Positions 47,264 through 62,200 of a stretch of 64,000 nucleotides of DNA are shown here, one piece after another. Both the position numbers and the translations under genes were made by a program. The DNA lies in NCBI GenBank assembly GCA_051294375.1, contig CM119268.1:8613008-8677007 (forward strand), given 5' to 3'. Numbering within the stretch: the stretch's first letter is position 1; the number at the start of each line of letters is the position of its first letter. The notes below the pieces were generated by a model. The model saw nothing but the letters and a program-made list of their open reading frames with translations, was not told the DNA's origin and did no database searches. Source of the stretch: Paraspadella gotoi. Taxonomy: Eukaryota; Animalia; Chaetognatha.

Positions 47264-50200
47264 TGATTTCGATTTTCTCGCTCTACGAAGCTTTGAATGT
47301 TAATACTTGCTCTATGGTTTTCTTACATTGAAGCGACCAATCGGCTTAACAATCGGTACTTTTTACAAAGATTATTTTCATTTTCTCGACCTACGTAAGT
47401 TAAAAGCTAATGATTTAAAAAATGCTAATTTTAAAGATTTAATTATTTTTTCAAATATTTTAATTAATTAATTAATTTTAATTATTTTAATTAATTTTTT
47501 TCCAATTATTGACGTCTCCTCTCGATCGGAAACAAAAATCCCGACTCTGATAATTTTAAGATGGGAGCCAGAATTTGCTCTCGATTCTGGCTCGGATAAA
47601 TCGTAGCTTGGCGCTGCCTCAGATCGATCTCTTCTCTTTTGGCGTGGCGTCAAATCGTCTCGTACTGTTTGGCGTGGCGTCAAATCATCTCGTACAGTTT
47701 GACGCAAAAATGAAGAACGAGAGAGAACTTGCCAGGAAAAAATGAAGGCTTTTATTAGGATTTGTAATGAATACATAATACATACGTATATATTATATGA
47801 ACGTATAAATGGGAGAAAATGACGGACTCTGCCTAATATTTTTTTTTTCTACCTTCTTTCAAACTTTTTAACAATTTATGACTCACCGCGCTTATATCAC
47901 TCTTCTTTAACTCGCAATATCAAGATATGAATATTATTTGTTATTGATAATTATAACTAATCTATGTACTTTGACCAGGCGGAAGCACTTGGTCTTCTTG
48001 GTCTTCTTGGTCTTCAACCGATGGAAATTCAGGAGGTAAAAAAAAAGATTATTATATTTACATACATACATAATGTTCATATGAATTTATATATGTATAT
48101 GAATAGGGTCGAACAACTGGAATTCTGGTTCTTCAAGCAATAACGGAAATACAAGTAAAACCAAGAAAAATAATTTTCATCATTATAAATAAGATCTGAT
48201 TTAAACAATGTAAATTGTTTCTTTTAAAAATCAGATAATGCGGGATCTAATACTTGGACAAGTGGCTCTAATGGAGGGACCGACAACTCTTGGAACTCTG
48301 GAGGAGGTGGAACTTCTGACAATGCAGGTAAGAATGGATAATGTTTTAAAACATATCATATCATATTTCGAACACAACTTTCAAATAATAATTCTAGGAT
48401 CTACGACGTGGAATTCAGGATCTGGGGGAAACTCAGGAAATACAGGTGCATTTACTTTGGCTTTGAATCACATTTTTTTCTTTTAACTTACTTAACAGTT
48501 AACACCCAAACGTGCCAAAACTAAATTTTATGCTAGGATCGACTGGATCATCTTCTTGGAACTCCGGCTCAGGAAACTCAGGTACGTTTAAACTTAAAAC
48601 AAGAAATAGTCTTTTTCTAAACACCAAAGTTGATCAAAATTTATGGAATAATCAATTTCAGGATCGGGGTCATGGAATTCTGGATCAGGAAGTTCAGGTA
48701 TCACGAAAGGATTCTTGCGATGGTTCGAGATAAAGAAATTGACAATTGCGGTCTTAATCATTTTCAGGTTCCACATCATGGAATTCTGGTACCGGCTCTA
48801 ATACAGGAAACACAGGTATTTTCAAGTTATATAGGACGCTTTTTTCGTGTTTTTATCATGCTTAAATGTATTTTCCATGCTTCATGATTATTGAATTCTT
48901 TGACAGGATCCAACACCTGGAATTCCGGAGGCGCTGGTGGTTCAGGAAATACAGGTCATAATTTACTGTAGTATTAAACTTTTTGAAATGATTTATATAC
49001 AAAAAAAACCGAATTTAATTAAAAACATACAGGAGGTGGTTCCTGGAACACAGGCTCGGGTGGTACTGGAAATTCAGGTATAAACTAAAGGTTGAAAGCC
49101 TCCAGCAAACAAAAATCAAACAAAATTCTTTTTAATCAATGTTAGGGTCTTCTTGGAACTCCGGGTCAAGTAACACAGGAAACTCAGGTTCATAATTATT
49201 TATTCTATTTCTAAGTAGTAATTAAGTTTTGGGGCTAATTATTAGAGCACACATTGACAAGAGTAATCTGTATCGACTTTGGTAAAAATTATGATAATCT
49301 TTTTCTTTATTTGGTAGGATCCGGAAGTTGGGGAAATTCTAACTCCAACTCAGGAAGTTGGGGAAATTCAAACTCCAACTCTTGGACCTCAGGTAAATCT
49401 TTTGTTCATATTTATTTTATTAACTTAAATCACCTACGATCAAAAAAAAGGTTTAGTTGGTTAATTGTCTGACCACACAATGCACACTGCGCACACCATC
49501 AATTTTCTTTCATGAATCGACCTATTATGATTGCATTGTATTATTATTGTGTAGATTTGTCACAATATCACAAAACACAATATCTTTAAATATTAGGTTT
49601 ACTTCATATCTTTGTTTAGGCTACAGTTGGCCAACGATTACACCATCTCCTGTGTATTCATCATGGACAAATTCTTGGGTTTCTCCTACAGTTTTTGTGT
49701 TAGTTTAATGATACTTCCTTCGTTGATATGTTAGTTTGCTAAGATTCTTCAATTTTGATATAATTGAAATAGGCCTTCCACCTGGACTTCTACCTCAACT
49801 AATTGGAATACAAATAGTGTATCGGGTAATACTGGCACTGGAACATCATCCAATAAGCCTTGGTCTGCATCCGATATTGGAGCTGGCGGTACTGTCACTG
49901 GAAATTCTTGTAAATGCGACAATAAATACAAAGAATGTTACATAGAGGTAATGATTTTTCATTGAAGTTTTGAAATAAATATTAATAAACATGTTATACT
50001 TTGCAGGATGTTTCCTCATGCAATCATTTCTTCCATTGTTCTGTCGGAAATTTGTACAAAAAAAAATGTCCAAATGGTTTGGTTTGGAACACTGGAAGTA
50101 ATCAGTGTGACTGGATTTCAAAAACGAACTGTGGCGCTCGACCGGTCACTAATCAAGGAGGAAGCAGTTCCACTTCGGTCATTCAACAATGTACTTGCCC

Positions 50201-53200
50201 GAGAAATGCTGAGGAGTGTATGACTTCGCATCCAAGATACTGCAATTATTTTTATTACTGCATTAATGGGCAAAAATTCGAAAAGTTTTGTCCCAAGGGT
50301 TTAATATGGAGCCAGGTAAACTTTTTTTACTGTTAACCATAGAATTATGTATTTAGAGAAAGTTGATAAGTACAGTGAATATTTTTTTTTCTAGCAAAAG
50401 TCAAGATGCGAATGGGCTGATGTGTCTATTTGTGCAGGAAAGCAAATGGGACCTGGTGGGAAATATGAGGGCCATGACTCTAGTAAGGAATTTAATTGTT
50501 TAACTGATAACATCCTTAATTTTTATTTTTATTTTTATTTCTATTAGCTTCTGCGAATGTCGTCTCTTGCTCTTGTCCTGGGGGCCTAAAAGAATGCTAT
50601 CAACGTCATAATTTGTATTGTAACTATTACTATCGATGTGCCGAAGGCAGACGTTATGAATTGGTAAGATTAAGATTTCTTTTTTAAAATATTTTTTAAG
50701 TAATCACTTTTAAAACTGTCAACTGTTTTTGGACGGCGTAGTCTAATTTATTCATATAACTAATTTTTCACTGAAACACATCGTGAAAAGTAAATAAAAA
50801 CCGGAAAAAAAATATGTGTATAAATATCGATTTAGTAGGAATTTTACAGATATTTTTCTGAAATAAATATAATATTTAAGTACTTTTTTCATAAAATGAT
50901 TTTTATTTATGATAGAAATGTCCAGCTGGTTTGGCTTGGAATGGAAGGAATCAATGCGAATGGGTTAATCTAGTCAATTGTGGGACGCAAGGGATGGGAG
51001 TAGTTCCAGGAAGCTCACCGACTGTTCAACCTAGTGGTCCAAAGTGTTCATGCCCTGGTAAACTACTTTAGATTATGATTGATTAAATTTAAATTAACAT
51101 TTTTAAACTTGATTCAATCGTGTTTTTTTTTAAACATATTTCAGGTGGTTCTAAGGAGTGTTACAGAAAAGACGCGTCCAAGTGCTCTAACTTTTTCCAT
51201 TGTTTTAACGGAACGGATTATTCAAAGTCGTGTCCCGGTAATTTTTTTTTTAAATTTAATGACTTTCAAAATTTTTTATTTAAGAACTATTTTTTCTCTG
51301 CAGATAATTTACAATGGAATGACATGAAAAAAAAATGTGATTGGTCTTGGGTTGTACGTTGTGGAGGTGCTTCAAGTTCAGTAATTTTGCCAGGTAATGA
51401 ATAAATCAAATGAATAAATGCATTAAGGAAGATTTGGAAATTTCTGTCTCCCTACGTATACTGACCATTACAATTCAAATATACAGGACAACCCTCAAAT
51501 GAGGCATGCAGATGTTCTGGAGGAATGAAAGAGTGTTATTTTTCGGACAAAATGTCATGTAACAGATTCTACCATTGTTCAACTGGCATTGCGTTTCATA
51601 AAGGTAAAAAAATAAAAAATCATAAAAAAAGAAACACATATAAACACATTTGAACATTATTTAAAAGAACATTTGTGACCCGACTATACATTCCCTAATG
51701 TGAAATATTTATAAATGAAATATTTGTTTAATTTTGCTCAGAATGCCCTCCACCATTACAATGGAATATTGCAAATTCAAAATGTGACTGGCCTGTTTCC
51801 ACTGATTGTGGGACAAGACCAATTACTGTACGCCCAGGATCAGGTACTACCATTATTTAAATCTGAACGACTATCAAAAGTTTAAATAATGATTACATTT
51901 TTTTAGGTACAAATGTTATTGGGGTTGGAAAACAATGTACTTGTCGCGGAGGTTCTAAGGAGTGCTATAAAACAGATGCAACTTCATGCAACAAATTCAG
52001 CCATTGTTCCAATGGTACTCTATACAATAAGGAATGCCCAGGTATATATTTACAGAAGATGTTAATTTTTTATTTTGTACATATGCCTTTTAAAAACAAC
52101 CACTATTCAATCTCTCCATTCTTTGTTGGAAACTTCTCTCTCTCTGTCTCTCTCTCTCTTTACCACATTCTGTGAAATATTTATCTCAATTTTCGCTGAT
52201 GAAGGGGCTTTCACCATAGTTGAAGCATGTCTGTCTAAATAAGAAATTGCCATTTTTAAAACAAAAAGTTTTTTCCTTGATTAAAAACAATACTTTAATT
52301 TTTTTAAAGATGGCTTGGCATGGTCAACAATGAAGAATTTCTGTGATTGGCCTACCTCTGTTATGTGTGGAGCAAGACCCATTACAATAAATCTAAAGCC
52401 TTCAGATGGAAGTGCCACTCCAACTCAGCGATGCTCTTGTCCAAATAGAAAAGGCGAATGCTATTTTGCTGACCAAAATTCATGCAATAAATATTTTCAT
52501 TGTTATAATGGAACCGCTTATGGAAAAATCTGTCCCGGTACTTTCTGTTGTTTTTTAAAAATTAAAAATATGAAAATAAGTTAGTTTTCAAGCATTACCT
52601 TTTCAGACGGATTGGTATGGGGAATCAAAGAAAATCAATGTAATTGGCCATCTGATGAAGATTGTGGCAACAGACCGATTACGGTTAATATGAAACCTGG
52701 TGCAGTTACTCAAAAGTGTACATGTCCTAATGGAATAAAAGATTGTTACTATGCTGATATTAACAACTGTAATGGATTCTTTCAGTGCTCAAAAGGAAAA
52801 GCTTATCAGGTCTGCTCATGACTGATCCAATTACCTAAAAAAATTATCCAAAAAATTTAATTTCGATTTTTAAAGTTAACTCTTTTGAAATAATATTCCT
52901 TTTAATTGATTTTTCATATAATGTACTTTTAATATGAACTCTAAACAAAATAAATAATTTTTTTTCAATGTTTTACATATACTATATAATTAATATTATA
53001 TTTGAAAGGATATACAAGTGATAAATTCTTTCTTCAATCTTTTAATATCAGAAAAAATGTCCAAACAACTTACGTTTCAATACAATGAAAAAAGAATGTG
53101 ATTGGCCAACTACGGTTCAATGTGGTTCAAGACCTGTTACAGTATCAACATCAGGATCTCCAAATGAATGCCAGTGCTATGCTGGCACTGGGAAGTGTTA

Positions 53201-56200
53201 TAAACCTGATGTAACTTCATGCAATCAGTTTTATGTATGTGTGAATGGATCGCAATATAAACAAAAGTGCCCTTCAGGTTAATTCATGATTGAATTTCGG
53301 TTATGTATTTCTTCACGTTTCAGGTATTTATTAAACATATTCTGTTCCAGGCCTCAGATGGTCACTAACAAAAAATGAGTGTGAATGGCCTGTAAATGTG
53401 CAATGTGGTAACCGACCAGTTACCATACAGATAACTCCCGGAACTGGTGCCGTTACTCAAAAGCAATGCAGCTGCCCTAATGGAAAAAAGGTAAAGGAAT
53501 AATTTAAAGAAGTCAGTTGAAGTGAAATAAGTACTTTGTTTGCATTGAAAGAAAAAAGAATTTTTTTTTTATCTTAATGAATACGCAAGAGAAAAATTAA
53601 AAAATGATCTTTCACTGCTGTTTTATATGTTTAATTGTTCATCCTATAAACCTAGTGAATATATATTTTTATTTCACATAGATTTTAACATAATCAATAA
53701 ATTTTAGGAATGCTACTCATTAGAAATGTCTTCATGCAACAAATTCAAGCATTGTTTCGATGGTGCGGAACATCTTAAAACTTGTCCTAATGGTCTAACT
53801 TGGAACACTTTTAAAAATCAATGTGATTGGCCGTCATCTACAAATTGTGGAGCTCGGCCAACAACAATTCAGGTAAAACAAAAAAAAATAGTTATTTTCC
53901 TAATTAGTTATATTTTGATAAATGTTTTTATATAAGAAATATACAGATTCTTAAATGGATATGATGTAATTTTTTTCAGAGAATGTTTTTTTGCATTTAC
54001 ATAGTTTTCTTCTAAAGTAAAAATACTGTAAGGCCTCTTCTTCTTCCTTTTTAAGCTTAATATTGGGGGGAATACACAAAATGTTCGACCGTGCTCATGT
54101 CCAGGTAATTTGTCAATGATGATTTTTTAATTATATATTGTTTTATTTTCCTATGTATTTTATATATATTTAGGTGGAATGAAAGAATGTTACACCTTGG
54201 ATCAACAGTCATGCAACAAGTTTTATCAATGTGTGAATGGCACAGCTCATTCTAAAAAGTGTCCCTCAGGATTAACATTCAAGTAAATAAATCATTAAAT
54301 ATATTTACATTTAATTGACAGAAAAGAAAAGTTGTTTGTTTTGGTAAATACAAAGTCAAAGTTTATTAATAATAAACTTCACCAGAGCTGAAATATATCC
54401 CTTTTTTATTATAAGAACGCTAATTCAAATGTGTTGCGCCGCAGTGACTGCGTTATCACATGTATTTCTAGTGACATGACATGACTGCAATAACTTTCTG
54501 AGACTGTGTATTTATGACATGCACTGCATTGGAATTTCGTCTTTATAGTTTTAGGATTTGCTGAAGACGTCGCTAGCAGTTCCTTAAATTTGAGGTTTTT
54601 TTTTGTCTTAACAAATGAGCAACCCACAATAGGCAAATTATATGCATTTTTAATGTAAGTGGGACAGACCGACCAACAGACTTACCGACCGACCGAAAAG
54701 TGATTAATAGAGTTGCTGCGTGAGTACTTGCGGCGCAACTAATAATCTCTTATTTACCAAAAAAAAATAGTTTCTCATGCCATTTTCAACATAGCAAAAA
54801 ATAAGTACTATTCATACAAAATTCTTTAATAAGAAAACGTTCTATTTTTTCAGCTCTTTCAAATCTGAATGTGACTGGCCTACTTCAACAATGTGTGGAA
54901 ATCGACCCATTACAGAAAACCTTGTCTCTTTACCATCAGATGGGACTTCACGCCCAAATAAACCCTGTACATGCCCAGGTTACTATTTATCTAACTTTCT
55001 ATAATAAAATATTGCATATTATTTAATCATTTAATCAAGAATGCAAAATTAAATCTAATTACTTATTTAGGAGGTAAAAACGAATGCTACTACTCAAGTC
55101 AGTCATCTTGCAACAAATTCATTCACTGTTACAACAACTCTGCCCATGAAAAGCTATGCCCTGATGGATTAGTTTGGAATGACTATCAAGGAAAGGATGA
55201 ATGTGGTTGGCCATCTGAAGTAAACTGTGGAGCTAGACCTATTACAGGTATTTGAATTATTCATATCTAAATTTTAATAAAATTTTGTATTTTATTCATA
55301 ATTAGTTTTTGGTATATTTATTATTGTTTTAAACAATGTTTATATTGAAATATATATCAAATCTTATATAATAATTATTGAAAGGCGATCATGTCGTAAA
55401 TACATTGCTTATTTCTTTTCATTCAATCAATTCAAGTCATAAAAAGATAAAGAATTTTGAAATAAGTTATTGCTTTAATCATTAATCAAAAAATACTTAA
55501 TTATTTTAAAATTAGTTTGAAAAATGGAAAAAATTATTTACAATTTGCATGAAATATTATTAAACCATGAGTTCAAGATTCAGAAAATTAAAGAATAATA
55601 ATCCATTTAAAAAATTATGTACAATTTTATACATTTTCAAATCATTTACCTTTATTTCAGAGCGTATGCCTTCAACTGTACAAGAATGTAGATGCCCGCA
55701 AGGAAAGATGACATGTTATGCGGTTGATCAATCATCGTGTAACAAATTTTATATGTGTATTAAAGGAAAAAAATATTCAAAAAAATGTCCTTCTGGATTA
55801 GCTTGGTCAGTTGTAAAATCACAGTGTGATTGGCCTGACAAAGCAATGTGTGGAAATAGGCCAATAACTGAACGCCCTAAAGCAAGTCCAATAATTGGAG
55901 AAGATGGTAATGTAATTACATCAGAACCATGCAATTGTCCTGCAGGGAGCCTAAATGGAGAATGTCTCTTAGTTGATATGTCATCCTGCAATCGATATAA
56001 GGTAAAAATTTTCATAACCCTTTTTCTAATATTTAATGTTTAACAAACATTATATTTTTAAAATTTATTTCTAATGTTAAAAGTTTTATGCTTTTCATTT
56101 ACAAATTGTATAATAGTATTGTATTAAACGCTTTTAACAAAAGTTTTCTGTCCTTTTAATAAAAAAACTATATATCCTGTCATATGACTTTAGACACTGG

Positions 56201-59200
56201 AATCCCTATTTTTTCTTTTCCATTATAAATTTAGGTTTGCATCGCTGGCAGAGCCATTGCACAAAAATGTCCAAATGGTCTTGGATTCAATTCTATAAAA
56301 AAAGAATGTGATTGGCCTTCACAACAATTATGTGGTTCCAGACGAATCACAGAAAAGTTATCAGTTGAAGGTGGCGGTGGCGGTGGAGCAAGCGGATCTC
56401 CAGCAATGCCCTGTTCCTGTCCAGGTTTGTTAAAGAGGTTGTTTACTTATAATGAAAATTAATGATTCTCGAATTTAAAAAAAATTATTTGTTATAAATT
56501 CAGGAGGGCAAAAAGAATGTTACTCTGCTGAAGCAAGATCATGTAATAAATTTAGACACTGCAGAGATGGATCGGCTTATACAAAAAGTTGCCCAGTTGG
56601 ATTGCAATGGTCTACAAGAAAGAATGAATGTGACTGGCCCACTGAAGTTCAATGTGGAAATAGGCCAATTACTGATAATTTAGTTGATATGGGAAGTGCA
56701 AATAGTAACGCAAAACCTTGTAAATGTAATGGTGGATTAAAGGTAATGTTTTTCTATTTTCTGTACATTTGATAAATATATTGATAAATTTTTATTAAAA
56801 AAAATTTTGCAATATATGTAGTCGGTCATTTATATCATTCAATCAATATTTTTTAATTTCTTTCATTCGTATTTTTACAGAAGTAAGAAAGTTATTTAAA
56901 CACAACATGTTAAAATTTTTATTTAATGCCTTGTGAAATTTTTTACCCATTTAACAGTTAGAGTGATATTAATCTGAATTAAATTATTTAAAAAAAAACA
57001 GATTAAGTAATAAATCAATTTATATAATACTATTTGTTTTTGTAATATTCTTTTTCAGGAATGCTATTTCCCAGACCAACAATCATGCAATAAATTCAAT
57101 CATTGCTTCAAAGGATTATCTCACAATAAAGAATGTCCAAATGGCTTAGTTTGGAATGTTGGTAAAAATCTTTGTGAATGGAAGGACAAGGTGAACAATC
57201 GATTCTTTCAAAAAGAATATTCCAAGTTTTTTTATATTTCATTATTTCTTTTTTTAGGTCAACTGTGGAGCTCGACCAATTACTATAAATGCCAACAATG
57301 TTAGCAATAAACCAAAATGTTTTTGCCCACGAGGACTTTCTGAATGCTTTTCTCCGGATCCAACCTCGTGTAACAAGTTTTACAGATGTGTTAAACAAGA
57401 AAAATTTGAACAGGTATTTCATAATGATAACAATAATAATTAATTTCTCTTATTTCTAAAAAATACACAATTTAGTAATTTACTAAAAAAATATTTTTAT
57501 TTTTAATAATTTCATTGAATAATAAGAAATATTTGGAAAATAAATTTTGTCTTTTCACCTAAAATTTGTCAAATATAATTTTTAAAAATTATTTTTTTAA
57601 AAACAAGTTTGTGCAAACAACGTCGGATCTGCCAACGATAATTAAGCAGTAATCAGCTAATCAGATGATAAATGACGATAATTATTTTAATCTGTGATCA
57701 TAACAGATCGTACCATACCAAACCAATGGCTGCGCATATACATGTAAATCGCTTGCAAGGGATTAAACTGAACTGTAACTAAACAAATAATTTTTTCAAC
57801 TTTTTTTTTAACTTGCACCATTTTTTAACTTGCACTATTTTTTTAACGCGCACCATTTTTCCACTTGCATCATTTTTTTACTGTTACTATTGTACAAACA
57901 AATAATGTTTTTCAACTTTTATTTTTTTTAACTTGCACCATTTTTTTAACTTGCACTATTTTTTTAACTCGCACCATTTTTCCACTTACTTCATTTTTTT
58001 ACTTGCATCATTTTTTTAACTTTTTTTCAATTCGCACATTTTTTAACTGGCATAATTTTTTAAAGTTGCACCATTTTTTAAACTTGAACCATATTTTTAA
58101 CTTGCATAATTTTTTCAATTCAATTAATTAATCAATTAATCAACTAATTAAAACATTTATGAGTAAGCATAAAAAAAAAATTTTGAGTCAACTTGACTTT
58201 GGTTTTTTCATGCAAATTCATTTCCACTCCTCGATTCCATCTAAACTTTATATTCTGCTCAATCACACACTTTCCTACCACACACAAAATTTCAATAATT
58301 ATGAATAATTTGAGTAATTATGGGTTAAAATTAGTAAAAATATTCAAGAAAATGTGACTTATATTTTTTCCGATTTAAACTAATTTCCACTTGCACGATT
58401 TCATCGAAACTTTATATCCAGCTTAATCGCACACTTTCCTACCCACACACAAAATTTCATTCCAATCCAACCATCCAATCACTAGTAATTGGAGTTTTTT
58501 GCTAAGGGGGGATTAACAGACAGACGGACAGACATCATTTTTTTGCATAATTTATCATAATTTGATGTCCTGACATGATTTAAGTTAATGCCTAACAAGA
58601 TTGAGGGGGCGGACCGACGGACCGACAAAGTGAATTATAGAATCGGAATATGCTGATAAGCAGATCTGACTAAAAATATAATTTAATTCAATCTTGTAAT
58701 AAAATTGTAAAATTATAAAACATAATTAGAATTTAATTTACATTTTCAATTAATAAAAGGAATGTCCAAATGGACTTGGATGGAATACGATGAAAAACCA
58801 ATGTGATTGGCCAAGTCAACAGTTGTGCGGTATCCGACCAATCACTAAAAGACTTGATGCCAATACTGATGGTACTGTTGCAAGTCCAAGGTGTACATGC
58901 CCCGGGATGGCAAGGGAATGTTATTATGCAGATCCCAGGAGCTGTAATAAATTTACTCACTGCTTTAACAATACAGGTAATATTTTACATGATAATTTTT
59001 CGTAGTTTATATTTTAGGTAACTTAATTGAAAACTTAAATGTAAATTTTTTTTTTAAATTTATTAAGTATATATGTTAATTATATATAAACTAAATATAG
59101 TAAAATGATAGTAAAAGATAGGCATTAATTCAAAGATCTAATTAATTTCTAGCATATTCAAAGACTTGTCCTTCTGGCCTTACTTTTAATACGGCTGCAT

Positions 59201-62200
59201 CAAAATGTGATTGGCCTACCGTTACAAACTGTGGAGCAAGGCCTATTACAGAAAAATTTGTTGAACTACCTAAAGAAGGTTCCAATGCAAATACCGTAAC
59301 AAGAAAATGTCAATGTCCTGGCATAAAAAAAGAATGTTATACAAATGACCAAACAAGTTGCAACAAATTTTATCACTGCATAAACGGGTATGCTCAAAAA
59401 TGGCTTTTTATTTTATATGAATATTTATTTTTATTATTGAGTAACAGTGCAAAAACAAACAAAAAATTATTTTTTGCCATATGTTAGAACATATTTTTTT
59501 AAGTCATCATCTGTGGCTAAAAGAGTTATAAAACAAAGAAATATTAAGAGAGAGAAAGCGCGAGAGAGAAAATGATGAATGAGTCAAAGGTAGAGATGAC
59601 CTATTCTCTTTCAATTTACAGAACTGCTTATCAAAAAAAATGTCCCAATGGATTACGATGGTCTACTATGAAAAGCGAGTGCGAATGGCCTGACAAAGTA
59701 AATTGTGGTACCAGAGCAGTAACTGAAAGATTTACCGGGAGCAGTAATCAACCAGTTGCTGGACCACCTTGTAGTTGCTTGGGCAATAGAAAAGAATGTT
59801 ATTCGGCAGGTGAGTTATCTTTTATCATCAAGTAAATAATATTTAAATACATTTATTTACATATATGAAAAACTTATTTTCAGATCAAACATCCTGCAAC
59901 AGATTTCAGCATTGCTTTGACAAAATAGCATACAAAAAGACATGCCCAGGAGGACTAGTGTGGGATACTTTTAAGAATAAATGTGGTTGGCCTGGGGAGG
60001 TACGTTGAATATTGTTGAAAAAATATTAGTTATTTCGTGATGATGATTTTTACAATTTTTATTTTTTAGGTAAATTGTGGAAACCGCCCTGTAACTGATA
60101 GGTTCATTCCATCTACAAATAACATAGCAAGACGTCCATGTAACTGTCCTTTTGGAAAATCTATTTGTTATTTACCATCTACATCATCTTGCAACAAATT
60201 TTTTCATTGTGCTAATAAAACTCAATTTGAAAAAACATGTGCTTCCGGGCTTACATTTAACACTTTTACCTCAAAATGTGATTGGCCATCATCTACAGCT
60301 TGTGGAAACCGCCCAATAACAGTTCAACTTGATCCTAAACTTAGAAAGACTGAAGGTTGTCTATGAAAAATTATTTTTATTTATCTATGAATTTAACTAT
60401 TATTAGATTCTATAAAGTAGTAGTTATAGGAACTATGAATTAAATCATTTTTTATTATATAGGAGGTCAAAGATGCTCTTGCCCAGGAAGAAAAAGTGAT
60501 TGCTACTTTCAAGTAGCGACTAGTTGCAACCAATTTGTACACTGTAGCAATGGAAGTTCCTTTCAAAAGACTTGCCCTGGCGCTCTTAGATGGTCTACAG
60601 GCAAAAATAAATGTGACTGGCCCAACAAGGTACAATGTGGAAACAGACCAGTTACATCAACTTCTTCATCTAACAGTGTTCGGGAATGTACTTGTCCAGG
60701 TTGGTTTTTAATTTGAATAATTAAAATATTTTCAAAGTAAGTAATATAAAGATTTGTTTACTTAGGTGGATTAAATGAATGTTACTTACCTGATCCTATG
60801 TCCTGTAACAAATTTAAAAGATGTGTCGAAGGAAAATTAACTTCTAATACATGTCCTGATGGATTGGTATGGTCAACAATTTCAAAAAAGTGTGAATGGC
60901 CTGACAAAGCAAATTGTGGGGCACGACCTATAACTATTACTACATCAACCAAGCCATCCAATGGACAAAAATGCAGGTGCTTTGTTAAATTTTTAAAGAA
61001 AAAAATGTAAACACAATATCTTACAAGGAAACTTAACTCACTTTAGCTGATCTTTTTTAACATTTAATTAGAATTAACATAAAATTTTAAATGATAATAC
61101 AATTTTTTTTTCAAGCTCGTTAATACTTCTACTGAGCTTATACATTTTGCAGTTAGCCATTTAGCCAGCTAGAAGCTAATAATAACCTTAAATTTATTTT
61201 TTTTATTTAATAGTAACAATGTAAAGATATACACCATGTCCGTTTGAGAGTGAAACAAAACCAATTTTTATTCTAATTTCAATACTTAATTCATAAGCAC
61301 ATCATTAATTAAAAAACCACTGAACGTTTTTTATATATATTATATAAGTTTTATTTCATGTTTTAATTATGAAAAGACAGTAAATTTAACGAAAAGCATG
61401 TTCTTGACTACAGGGAAAAAACATAATATATCATAATAAATCATAATAAATGGCAATGGTGTATCTGAATTCTCGTAACATTTTATAGTTTTTTGTAAGT
61501 TCATACAATTAAAAAAAATGCTGTCCTGAGCATGTTCTTGATTGTCGTGAATAATTATTTTATATCATAAGAATTCCCAGTTAATGCTTTATTTAATTAT
61601 GTCTCTGAATTTCAATACTTTTTAATACTTAATGAATAATTAATTCATAATAATTTTCGTTTTTTAAAAAAGTAGTTTTTTACTCAAAATAAAAGTGGAT
61701 GATCGTTAAAAAGGTTTCTTTGCATAAGTAAATATTAAATTAATTTCATGAAATTAGGATATAATAAGCGATGGGAAAAAAAATTTTCAAAATATTCATC
61801 CATTGAGAAATGGTAAGCAATTTTTTTGTATCACTTGCGAACGTATACACGGTATAGTAGGATTAAAAAAGACTACAATGGTGATATATAAACGTAACAG
61901 TGGAATCAAAGCAATAATCTAATAGATTATTTTAAAGAAAAATTAAAATGTCGTATTTTACTGCTCATAATTCAATTAACAAGCATAGTAATTCCCATTA
62001 TGAGTTACGCCATGTATATTCGATGCGCTCTGCATCGTAATTTCATCATTTATTCTTCATACAATTTGAAAATAAATGGTCGCGCTGGCAGTCACTTAGA
62101 TTTGAGGTTCTTTTCGAGAACAATCAAATTTAAGCCGCATCAAATTTTGATTCATGTGATAACGTGACTTTACAAGTAAAAAACAGTGCCAAAATTAAAT

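Noticed and set aside
47641-47708. 30-bp direct repeat ggcgtggcgtcaaatc(g/a)tctcgtac(t/a)gttt x2
   Set aside because: Simple local duplication with no evidence of function.
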